Shown here piece by piece: positions 51,214 through 59,232 of a stretch of DNA of 64,000 nt. Each line of letters starts with the position of its first letter. Position 1 is the first letter of the stretch. Origin of the DNA: a virus. The stretch lies in the IMG/VR virus record IMGVR_UViG_3300008267_000011, positions 1-64,000 of that record. One strand, written 5' to 3'. Under the pieces are notes generated by a model. That model saw only the letters and a program-made list of their open reading frames with translations. It had not been told where the DNA came from and made no database searches. A program made the position numbers and the translations under genes.

Positions 51214-51940
51214 AGTACAGGCGTTTGTTAAAGAGCTGAACAAAAAGCTTAAAGAAGGTAGTACTACTGATGGAGCTGGTGGTTATCCAACTCCTAAAGC
51301 TTTTGTAGGTGATGAGGATGCTGAAGGAAGTAAGAAAGGCTTAGATGCCTCTACAGCATTTACTGTCAAGCCACCAAAGAAAAAAAAGTTCTTCATCGGA
51401 TATAAGGACCAGGGAGTTCACTTATCCGATATCAAAGAAGCAAACTACAGACAATTCAAAGAGGATGCTTCTATTCCAAACCACAAGAAAATCAATCAAG
51501 CCATTCTTGAGATCAATCGCAAGATTTCCGAAATTAATAAGCTATTTGAACACTCCATAAAGCTAAAAACAGAAACTCAAGTAGGAGATGAAAAATTGTG
51601 GAAGAAAACTAACGAAGCTTTGCTTAAGATTCATAGAAGATTAAACGAAGCAACTAAGCGTGTAAGAAACGTTGCAAATCTCAAAGAGATAGAAGTCAAT
51701 ACAGCTAAGGACAAGTTTCTAAAGATTTTTATGAGAGCTGGTATGACTATCGATGCACAAGACGTTGAGATAGTAAAGCAAGGCAACACCCACATTATCG
51801 ATGTGATGATAAATGGGGAACCTTCTGGATTTGATCTAGAAAACGACATCCTAACTTATCAAGGCTTTGATAAAGAAGTTGAGCTGGGAAATATTAACAG
51901 AGAACAAGAGGTTGCCGACAAGCTTAAAACAATATTCTGA
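51191..51940 (+). CDS. Putative prohead core/internal protein
   Basis: LKE, IKE and LKE sites separate short modules. Confidence 0.6.
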   Translation: MRKKDLSEVQAFVKELNKKLKEGSTTDGAGGYPTPKAFVGDEDAEGSKKGLDASTAFTVKPPKKKKFFIGYKDQGVHLSDIKEANYRQFKEDASIPNHKKINQAILEINRKISEINKLFEHSIKLKTETQVGDEKLWKKTNEALLKIHRRLNEATKRVRNVANLKEIEVNTAKDKFLKIFMRAGMTIDAQDVEIVKQGNTHIIDVMINGEPSGFDLENDILTYQGFDKEVELGNINREQEVADKLKTIF

Positions 51941-51947
51941 TATTTAT
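51941..51947 (+). promoter_or_regulatory. Putative late promoter TATTTAT
   Basis: 4 nt before the protease ATG. Confidence 0.7.
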
Positions 51948-51951
51948 TAAC

Positions 51952-52551
51952 ATGAAAACATTACTTATAGATTCAATCGGATGCCTCTCTGTAACCCCAG
52001 AGCAGATCAACGAGTCTATGCAACAAAACAACGGAAAGGTTATTCTATCCGGAGTTATGCAAAGAGCAGATGCCACTAACCAAAATGGCAGACAATACCC
52101 TGAGGATATCCTACGTCGTGAAGCTGACAAGTATAAGCAAGTATTTGTAACAGAGCGTAGAGCATTAGGAGAATTAGATCATCCAGACTCATCCGTAGTG
52201 AACCTACAAAACGTATCGCATAACGTAGTTGATCTATGGTGGAATGGTGGTGATTTAATGGGTAAGATAGAAATCCTAAGCACCCCATCAGGAAACATTG
52301 CAAAAGAGTTGCTAAAGTCCGGTATCCGTTTAGGAATCAGCTCTCGTGGCATGGGTAGTGTTAAAAATATTGGAGAAGGAAAGGTAGAAGTTCAAGACGA
52401 CTTTGAAATTGTTTGTTGGGACTTGGTATCTAATCCATCTACACACGGTGCATTTATGTCACCACTTAACGAATCGGTATCTCACGACAACAAGCAAAAC
52501 AAGTACACAAAGGTACACTCATTGATAAACGATATAATCTCAGTAATGTAA
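51952..52551 (+). CDS. gp21: Prohead core protease
   Basis: NQNGRQYP, ALGELDHP, VSH, GISSRGMG and DLVSNPS. Confidence 0.95.
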   Translation: MKTLLIDSIGCLSVTPEQINESMQQNNGKVILSGVMQRADATNQNGRQYPEDILRREADKYKQVFVTERRALGELDHPDSSVVNLQNVSHNVVDLWWNGGDLMGKIEILSTPSGNIAKELLKSGIRLGISSRGMGSVKNIGEGKVEVQDDFEIVCWDLVSNPSTHGAFMSPLNESVSHDNKQNKYTKVHSLINDIISVM

Positions 52552-52552
52552 T

Positions 52553-52918
52553 ATGAAACTCAAGAAATTATTAGAAGGACTAGAAGGAGATTCCCCTAAA
52601 AAGACCACAAACGAAAAGGCTGCGTTCATTCAGGAAGTGAAAAAGTTTAACGAATACGGATCGGTAATCTATCGTACTGAGGATCTACGTCGTGTTGCTG
52701 AGGAGATCAATGAGCTTGTGACTAAAGCAGAAGCAGTAACCCTACAAGAAACTCAAGACTGGTTTGACGAGATTACGGTAAAGCGTAATCTAAAGACTTT
52801 GCGTGAAGGCAATAAGCAGTTTGGACAAACTGTGAAGGAAATCTCTAAACTACAACAACGTTTAGAATCTTTGTACGAAGAAATGGGTCACAATCTATCA
52901 AGATACTATGAGCTTTAA
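52553..52918 (+). CDS. Putative prohead core protein
   Basis: MKLKKLLE leader; coiled coil. Confidence 0.6.
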   Translation: MKLKKLLEGLEGDSPKKTTNEKAAFIQEVKKFNEYGSVIYRTEDLRRVAEEINELVTKAEAVTLQETQDWFDEITVKRNLKTLREGNKQFGQTVKEISKLQQRLESLYEEMGHNLSRYYEL

Positions 52919-53309
52919 AATACTCAAACTAAAAGACTTAATACCACTTCGTGAAGCTGAAGGTGACGAAGAGGAAGCTGGTGGTGGAAATCCATTTGCT
53001 GCTGCTGGAGGAGACGAGGGTGGTGCTGAAGGTGGTGACGATGCTGCTGCTGCAGATGATGCAGGAGGTGATGAAGCCGGTGCTGAAGGTGGAGAAGAAG
53101 GAGGCGAAGAGGAAACGGGAGATGCTAAGAAGCAGCCTGATTTAAAGTACCCTATTAAGTTCAATATTGGTAGAGTAAAAAAATACAACAATGCTGATTT
53201 TATTAGCAACCAAGGAGAATTAAAGAGCATCAACAGCAAGGGAATGACTGTAACAGTTCAACCAGACAATGTAGATGTGTTTGTGAATTTTAACGATATT
53301 ATCGACTAA
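52908..53309 (+). CDS. Putative internal protein with Gly/Glu-rich linker
   Basis: LKLKDLIPLREAE leader; low-complexity G/E/D/A tract; small beta-rich C-domain. Confidence 0.6.
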   Translation: MSFKILKLKDLIPLREAEGDEEEAGGGNPFAAAGGDEGGAEGGDDAAAADDAGGDEAGAEGGEEGGEEETGDAKKQPDLKYPIKFNIGRVKKYNNADFISNQGELKSINSKGMTVTVQPDNVDVFVNFNDIID

Positions 53310-53965
53310 TGAAACTGCAACCAATACTAGAAGGAATCCTTAGAGAGGAAGAAGATAAGAAGCAAATTGCAGCCATGGACCAAGCTATGCAATCAGCAGC
53401 TGCTGAACTTGCTAAGTTGTATAAGGATAATGAGGCTGAGATTAAACAAGATGTTGAGCAATCAGAAGAAGAGCTCAATGAGTCTTTAGGAGCAGTAGCT
53501 ATTATTGGATTTATCCTAGCTCTACCTAAAGTAGTGGAGTTGCTAGTTAAGGGAATAGGTAAAATCGTAGCTGTTTGGAAAAAGCTAGTTAAACCAGGAC
53601 AAGCTAAGGGTAACGAAGAGGAGTTTGCTCATAACATTATTGAGTTTACGCACAAATGGCACAAGACCTACATTAAAGGATTGAAATGGATTCTACAGAT
53701 GTCAGGAGTATTTAAGAAAGCAAACATTACTGGAGATGCTGCACAGATGAAAGCAGCAGAAGCAATATACTATACAATTATTGCAGGACTAGCAATTTAC
53801 TCCGGAGTGGGTGCAGTAGGCGCATTTAAAGCAGCAGCTCAAGGAGCAGCACATGGCGGTAGCTTTTCGCTAGGAGCATTTGAAGCAGCTATGGCTTCTG
53901 TTAAGACGGGAGAAGTTGGAGAGTTTCTTGGGAAACTTGGACTAAAGGCTGCAAAAGCTGCATAA
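53309..53965 (+). CDS. Putative internal protein with hydrophobic helices
   Basis: ILREE leader; LNE followed by SLGAVAIIGFILAL; second Gly/Ala hydrophobic segment. Confidence 0.6.
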   Translation: MKLQPILEGILREEEDKKQIAAMDQAMQSAAAELAKLYKDNEAEIKQDVEQSEEELNESLGAVAIIGFILALPKVVELLVKGIGKIVAVWKKLVKPGQAKGNEEEFAHNIIEFTHKWHKTYIKGLKWILQMSGVFKKANITGDAAQMKAAEAIYYTIIAGLAIYSGVGAVGAFKAAAQGAAHGGSFSLGAFEAAMASVKTGEVGEFLGKLGLKAAKAA

Positions 53966-54017
53966 TTTCTGGAAAATTTTATCGTTTGGTGGTTTTATAG
54001 ACTACCTATAGAGGAAT

Positions 54018-54082
54018 ACGTCATCATCTATATGGCGTTGCTTTAATATAATCGAATTGTGGCTCCCAATCTAATAGCCGCA
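54018..54082 (+). promoter_or_regulatory. Two-hairpin structured leader of the scaffold/capsid genes
   Basis: ACGTCAT/ATGGCGT and TGTGGCT/AGCCGCA stems, each with one G-U pair; both loops contain ATCTA. Confidence 0.5.
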
Positions 54083-54107
54083 CAAAACCAAAAAACATTT
54101 ATTAAAA

Positions 54108-55130
54108 ATGAACAAATTGCTTAAAGACGCAATCGCAGACGCTAAAGCCGTACGCGAAACCGCCTTGGCTAACGCTAAACTAGCATTGGAAGAAGCATTT
54201 GCTCCAAAACTCCAAAACATGGTATCTGCAAAGATCCGTGAAGAAATGGACGAAGAAGAGCCAATGGGAACTGAAGATGAGATGATGGCTGGTCAAGACG
54301 AAGAAACCCGCATGAAAGAGCTTGCTGGAATTTCTGAAGAAGATGAAGACTACTCTGAAGAGGGTGGTGAAGAAGACTTCGGAGGAGAAGAAGGTGGAGA
54401 AGAAGATTTCGGCGGTGAAGAAGACTACTCCGACGAAGGAGAAGAGGACTTTTCAGATGAAGGTGGAGAAGAAGACTTCTCTGACGAAAGCGACGAGGAC
54501 CTAGAAGAAATTCTACGCGAACTAGACGCTGAAGGATCTTCAGAAGAAGAGGAAATGATGGAAGGTGAAGGCGAAGAAGAAGAAATGGATCTTGATGAAA
54601 TCATCAACGCACTTCGTGAAGAAGAGGGCGAAGAAGAGGACAAAGAGGAAATGGACGAAGAAATCGACCTTAACGAACTACTAAACTCTTTGAACGAAGA
54701 GGAAGGTGAAGAAGAAGAGAAAGAAGAGATGGAAGAAGGCAAAATGAAGATGAAGAAGAAAATGAACAAAATGGAGGAAGAGCTTAACGAAGCTTACTCT
54801 GCTGTTAAATTCTTGCGCACTAAGCTTTCTGAAGTTAATCTTTTGAACGCTAAACTTCTTTATGTGAACAAATTGTTCCGTAACAACCTAACCGAAGCTC
54901 AAAAGGTTAAGATCATTGAAACATTTGATCGTGCTAAGACTGTAAGAGAAGCTAAACTTGTTTTTGCAACTCTATCAGAATCAATCAAAGTAAATGTTTC
55001 TACAAAAACAAACAACAAAAAGTCTGTTATGGAAGGATACGCTTCTAAGCCAACCAAGAAAACTAACACTGTGTTGACTGAAGGAAACGATATTGCAAAC
55101 AGATTTAAAAAGTTAGCAGGTATTATTTAA
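54108..55130 (+). CDS. Prohead scaffolding protein (gp22-like)
   Basis: Directly before the capsid gene; extremely acidic; many [LIV]xE sites. Confidence 0.8.
   Translation: MNKLLKDAIADAKAVRETALANAKLALEEAFAPKLQNMVSAKIREEMDEEEPMGTEDEMMAGQDEETRMKELAGISEEDEDYSEEGGEEDFGGEEGGEEDFGGEEDYSDEGEEDFSDEGGEEDFSDESDEDLEEILRELDAEGSSEEEEMMEGEGEEEEMDLDEIINALREEEGEEEDKEEMDEEIDLNELLNSLNEEEGEEEEKEEMEEGKMKMKKKMNKMEEELNEAYSAVKFLRTKLSEVNLLNAKLLYVNKLFRNNLTEAQKVKIIETFDRAKTVREAKLVFATLSESIKVNVSTKTNNKKSVMEGYASKPTKKTNTVLTEGNDIANRFKKLAGII
54340..54500 (+). repeat. Coding tandem repeat (GGEEDF/EEDYSDE units)
   Basis: Imperfect repeats of gaagaagactt/ggtggagaagaaga inside the scaffold gene. Confidence 0.7.
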
Positions 55131-55157
55131 AAACAAAAACTCTAAAAACTCAAAAAA

Positions 55158-56774
55158 ATGAATTTATTCGAAAACATTCAAGAGCCAAACAGAGGACAAG
55201 AAAACCGCGCCTTAGTAGGTAAGTGGAAGAAGTCTGGTCTTTTGGAAGGCTTGAAAGGTACAGAACAAGCAACTGTTGCTGTCCTTTTGGAAAATCAAGC
55301 AAAGCAGTTGATTAAGGAAGGTAACGCTTCTTCTGCTGGTACAGCTGGTGCTGGATTTGAACAATGGCACGGTGTTGCTTTGCCTTTGATCCGTCGTGTA
55401 TTTGCTGAGATCTCTGCAAAAGAGTTCGTCAGCGTACAACCAATGAACCTACCTTCTGGTCTAGTATTCTATTTGGATTTCAAATATGGTACTAACAAAG
55501 GACCACAAGGATTTGCACCTGGTGCTAAGAACCAAACTGGTACTTTGCAAGGTATCACTTCACAGTCTGGAGCTCCAACCGACGGTCTTTATGGCGCTGG
55601 TCGTTTTGGATATTCTGCAAACAACAAAGCTAACACAGGAGTGTTGACAACTACCGGTTCTACGAGCTTAGGTGATGTAAACTACGACGGAGCTTTCACA
55701 GCTTCAGTAAACACAGCAACTGGGTACAAGACAGTAGCGGTAACTTTGCCAACTGACGCAGATGCTTTGGCCGTTCGTTCATTCCGTTTGTTCTCTGGAT
55801 CAACTGAATTGACTGCAGGAACTCAATACTTCCCAGCATTCACCAAGGTTGCAGGTGGCAATGTGCAATTCGTAATTACTGCATCTGCAGTAACTACTGG
55901 ATCTTTCACAGCTGCAATTTCCTACTCTATCCAACCAACTAACGATGCTCGTACAGACTTTGAATACGCTGCAAATCGTGTAAGCGATTCTAGCTCATTG
56001 AGCCTAGACACTGACCTTAACATCCCAGAAATCGAATTGCAAATGCGTTCAATTCCTGTGACTGCTAAGACTCGTAAGTTGAAAGCAAGCTGGACTCCAG
56101 AATTTGCTCAAGACCTTAACGCTTACCATTCAGTAGATGCTGAAGCAGAATTGACTGCTATGTTGTCTGAGTACGTTTCTATGGAAATTGACTTGGAAAT
56201 CTTAGATATGTTGATTTCTTCTGCTGCTACTACTGAGTACTGGTCAGCTGAGGTTGGTAAGAACTACAATGCTGCAACACAAGCGTTTGAAACTTCTGGA
56301 TTCAGTGGTCAAGCTTATATTCAAGGTACTTGGTTTGCTACATTGGGAACAAAACTACAAAAAGTTTCTAACCAAATCCACGCTAAGACCCTTCGTGGTG
56401 GTGCTAACTTCCTAGTATGTTCTCCAGACGTATCTACTATCCTTGAGTCTATCCCAGGATATGCTGCAGATGGTGATGGTGAAAAAGTTAAGTATGCAAT
56501 GGGTGTACAGAAAGTGGGTGCTTTGACTAGCCGCTACACAGTGTACAAGAACCCATACATGCAAGAGAACACTGTATTGATGGGATTCCGTGGATCTCAG
56601 TTCTTGGAAACAGGTGCTGTGTACGCTCCATACATTCCATTGATGTTGACTCCACTTGTATACGATCCTGCTAACTTCATCCCACGTCGTGGTGTGATGA
56701 CACGTTACGCTAAGATCGTCACTCGTCCAGAGTTCTACGGTAAGGTGTATGTAGCTGGTTTAGCTCAATACTAA
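55158..56774 (+). CDS. gp23: Major capsid protein
   Basis: LLENQ, VQPMNLPSGLVF, AKTRKLKASWTPEFAQDL, YAPYIPL and GVMTRY. Confidence 0.97.
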   Translation: MNLFENIQEPNRGQENRALVGKWKKSGLLEGLKGTEQATVAVLLENQAKQLIKEGNASSAGTAGAGFEQWHGVALPLIRRVFAEISAKEFVSVQPMNLPSGLVFYLDFKYGTNKGPQGFAPGAKNQTGTLQGITSQSGAPTDGLYGAGRFGYSANNKANTGVLTTTGSTSLGDVNYDGAFTASVNTATGYKTVAVTLPTDADALAVRSFRLFSGSTELTAGTQYFPAFTKVAGGNVQFVITASAVTTGSFTAAISYSIQPTNDARTDFEYAANRVSDSSSLSLDTDLNIPEIELQMRSIPVTAKTRKLKASWTPEFAQDLNAYHSVDAEAELTAMLSEYVSMEIDLEILDMLISSAATTEYWSAEVGKNYNAATQAFETSGFSGQAYIQGTWFATLGTKLQKVSNQIHAKTLRGGANFLVCSPDVSTILESIPGYAADGDGEKVKYAMGVQKVGALTSRYTVYKNPYMQENTVLMGFRGSQFLETGAVYAPYIPLMLTPLVYDPANFIPRRGVMTRYAKIVTRPEFYGKVYVAGLAQY

Positions 56775-56793
56775 TCCGCAATAGCGAATAATT

Positions 56794-56828
56794 AAAAAGC
56801 CCCTCCATGTGAGGGGTTTTTTGTTTTT
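56794..56828 (+). terminator. Intrinsic terminator after the capsid gene
   Basis: AAAAAGCCCCTC-CATGT-GAGGGGTTTTTT followed by GTTTTT. Confidence 0.9.
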
Positions 56829-56834
56829 GCAATC

Positions 56835-56841
56835 TATTTAT
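56835..56841 (+). promoter_or_regulatory. Putative late promoter TATTTAT
   Basis: Just after the terminator, 14 nt before phoH. Confidence 0.75.
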
Positions 56842-56855
56842 AGGAAACAATATCT

Positions 56856-57524
56856 ATGGAAGAAGTTACGGGCAAGCGTAAGCCAAAGGGCCCAATCAAG
56901 TTTCAAGTCACTCTGACTGATGAACAGAAGCAAGCAAAAGCAACCATCCTAGACAGCACAATCACAGTGCTAAAGGGATCGGCAGGAAGCGGAAAGTCTA
57001 TGGTAGCTGCACAAGTGGCATTAGATTTATTATTCCGTAGAGAAATTCAAAAGATCGTACTAACAAGGCCAGCAGTCACCTCAGGTGAAGAAATTGGATT
57101 TTTGCCCGGTGATAAGGATGCAAAACTAGCTCCATACACTGCTGCAATATATGACAATATGTATCGTCTGTATAAAAAGGATCTTATCGATAAACACATT
57201 GCTGAAGGTAACATCGAAGTGATTCCATTAGCGTTTATGAGAGGTAGAAACTTATCAGACTGCTTAGTTGTAGTTGATGAAGCACAAAATATCACTCACA
57301 GACAAATGGAGCTTCTTTTAGGTCGCTTATGCACTGGAGCTAGAATGATCCTATGCGGAGACGTAGCACAGATTGACTTGAGAGATAAAAAGCAATCTGG
57401 ATTTGACTTTGTAGTAAAAAGACTAACAGTCATCCCAGGATTCTCAGTAATTACGCTAAAGACAAACCACAGACACGAAATCGTAGAGCCTATCCTAAAT
57501 GTTTACAATGAATATCGCGATTAA
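56856..57524 (+). CDS. phoH: PhoH family ATPase
   Basis: GSAGSGKS, LTRP, IGFLPG, FMRGR, DEAQN, GDVAQID and RHEIV. Confidence 0.95.
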   Translation: MEEVTGKRKPKGPIKFQVTLTDEQKQAKATILDSTITVLKGSAGSGKSMVAAQVALDLLFRREIQKIVLTRPAVTSGEEIGFLPGDKDAKLAPYTAAIYDNMYRLYKKDLIDKHIAEGNIEVIPLAFMRGRNLSDCLVVVDEAQNITHRQMELLLGRLCTGARMILCGDVAQIDLRDKKQSGFDFVVKRLTVIPGFSVITLKTNHRHEIVEPILNVYNEYRD

Positions 57525-57529
57525 CGTGA

Positions 57530-57536
57530 TATTTAT
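57530..57536 (+). promoter_or_regulatory. Putative late promoter TATTTAT
   Basis: 15 nt before ATG 57552. Confidence 0.7.
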
Positions 57537-57551
57537 ATGAAAACTTAGTGA

Positions 57552-58736
57552 ATGGCAAATATACCTATCTGGCCTGGTTCAAGTTCCTTTGTACTGGCTT
57601 CAGCTTCATACTACAATACTCCGTCTACTGGTTCTAGACCAACACCATTTGGCTATTACGATAACGATAGTACTTTTAAGACAGATGCAGATAGTGTTGC
57701 AACATTCTGCGCAGTTAAGTTAGGATATCCTATCCTTGAGGTAGAGATGCAAGATCGTAACTTCTGGGCTTGCTTAGAAGAGGCTGTGACAGAGTTTTCT
57801 ACTCAAGTTAATATGTACAATGCTAAGGATTATATGCTATCCTTAGTTGGTGCATCAAATCAAACAAACTTGACAGGAAACGTAGTTACTCCAAACCTAG
57901 GACGTATAATCGACTTAGCGCACAACTACGGTAGTGAGGTTGGAAGTGGTGGAGATGTAGATTGGAAGAAGGGCTACATAGACATGGTACCAGGATCACA
58001 AAGCTACGATCTAGATGTACTATGGGCAAATGTGAGTGAGAGTGGTAATAGAATTGAAGTGAAGCGTGTGTATCACGACTTCTCCCCAGCAATCTCAAGA
58101 TACTTTGACCCGTATGTAGGAACAGGAGCTGGAACTCAGCAATTACTGGATGGCTTTGGTTGGGGATCGTATTCACCTGCAGTAAACTTCTTAGTAATGC
58201 CTTTATACGCGGATTTGCTGCGTATACAAGCGATAGAAATGAACGACCAGATAAGGAAGTCATCTTACACTTTTGAACTGCGTAATAACAAGTTAAATCT
58301 GTTTCCAATCCCAACTGTAGCAGTTCGAATGTGGTTTGAGTATGTGGTAGTTGAGGATAGAAATAACCCAGTAAAAGTGAGTGGATCAAATTATATCACA
58401 GACCTTAGCAATGTTCCTTACAATAGAATAGAGTACACTAACATTAACCACATTGGAAAGCAATGGATATACAAGTATGCTCAGGCGTGTGCTAAGGAGT
58501 TGCAAGGAGTTATCCGAAGCAAATACTCAACAGTTCCAATCCCAGGAGCCGAAGTAACGCTTAATGGAACTGATTTGATTGCACAAGGCAGAGAGGATAA
58601 GACAAACCTACTGACAGAGCTTAAGGAATTGCTTCAAGGAATGACAAGACAAGGTCAGTTTGAGCAAGAGCAAGCAGTAGCAACTGCTATGAATTACCAA
58701 TTAGGAAAAGTACCTTTACCAATATACATTAAGTAA
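57552..58736 (+). CDS. gp13: Neck protein
   Basis: KLGYPILEVEM, WIYKYAQA, KY..PIPGAEVTLNG. Confidence 0.85.
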   Translation: MANIPIWPGSSSFVLASASYYNTPSTGSRPTPFGYYDNDSTFKTDADSVATFCAVKLGYPILEVEMQDRNFWACLEEAVTEFSTQVNMYNAKDYMLSLVGASNQTNLTGNVVTPNLGRIIDLAHNYGSEVGSGGDVDWKKGYIDMVPGSQSYDLDVLWANVSESGNRIEVKRVYHDFSPAISRYFDPYVGTGAGTQQLLDGFGWGSYSPAVNFLVMPLYADLLRIQAIEMNDQIRKSSYTFELRNNKLNLFPIPTVAVRMWFEYVVVEDRNNPVKVSGSNYITDLSNVPYNRIEYTNINHIGKQWIYKYAQACAKELQGVIRSKYSTVPIPGAEVTLNGTDLIAQGREDKTNLLTELKELLQGMTRQGQFEQEQAVATAMNYQLGKVPLPIYIK

Positions 58737-58737
58737 C

Positions 58738-59232
58738 ATGGCATTATTTGGAAGTAGTAGGGATATTAGCTTTATCAAGAAGATAAATAGTGAGTTGATC
58801 GACAACGTAATTCAGCAAGAGGTAGATTACTACGTCTTGTCGCTAAAGGATACGACAAAGAATCTTTACGGAGAAGCATCAGCTGGAAAAACTTACTACG
58901 CACCAGTCCGAGTTACCTGCTTACTAGAAAGAGGAGATCAGACCTATGTGGCAGATGACCAATTTGGTTCTGATGTAACGCAGCAAATGACCTTCAAATT
59001 CCTAAAACCAAAGTTGAGAGAGCTTAATCTGATACCAGAGGCAGGGGATATTGTTGAGGTTAGAGGAATTTACTACGAGATTGATCAAATCAATGAGAAT
59101 CAATTTGTTGTAGGTAAAGATAACGACTATGGAAAGAGTGTAGGGTCTGAGTTTGGTGAAAGTTTGAGTATAGTCGCTATAGGACACCATGCACGAGTTA
59201 CACGACTTCAAATAGAAAAAGCTAGACCATGA
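58738..59232 (+). CDS. gp14: Neck / head-closure protein
   Basis: NLYGE, FG, PEAGDIV..YYEI; follows gp13. Confidence 0.75.
   Translation: MALFGSSRDISFIKKINSELIDNVIQQEVDYYVLSLKDTTKNLYGEASAGKTYYAPVRVTCLLERGDQTYVADDQFGSDVTQQMTFKFLKPKLRELNLIPEAGDIVEVRGIYYEIDQINENQFVVGKDNDYGKSVGSEFGESLSIVAIGHHARVTRLQIEKARP

Noticed and set aside
53966-54107. tRNA or other known RNA gene in the largest intergenic gap
   Set aside because: No cloverleaf, TTC arm motif or acceptor stem found; no RNA genes were recognised anywhere in the window
54340-54780. GAA-rich repeats as a CRISPR array or non-coding repeat
   Set aside because: In-frame, imperfect and without unique spacers; they encode the acidic scaffold
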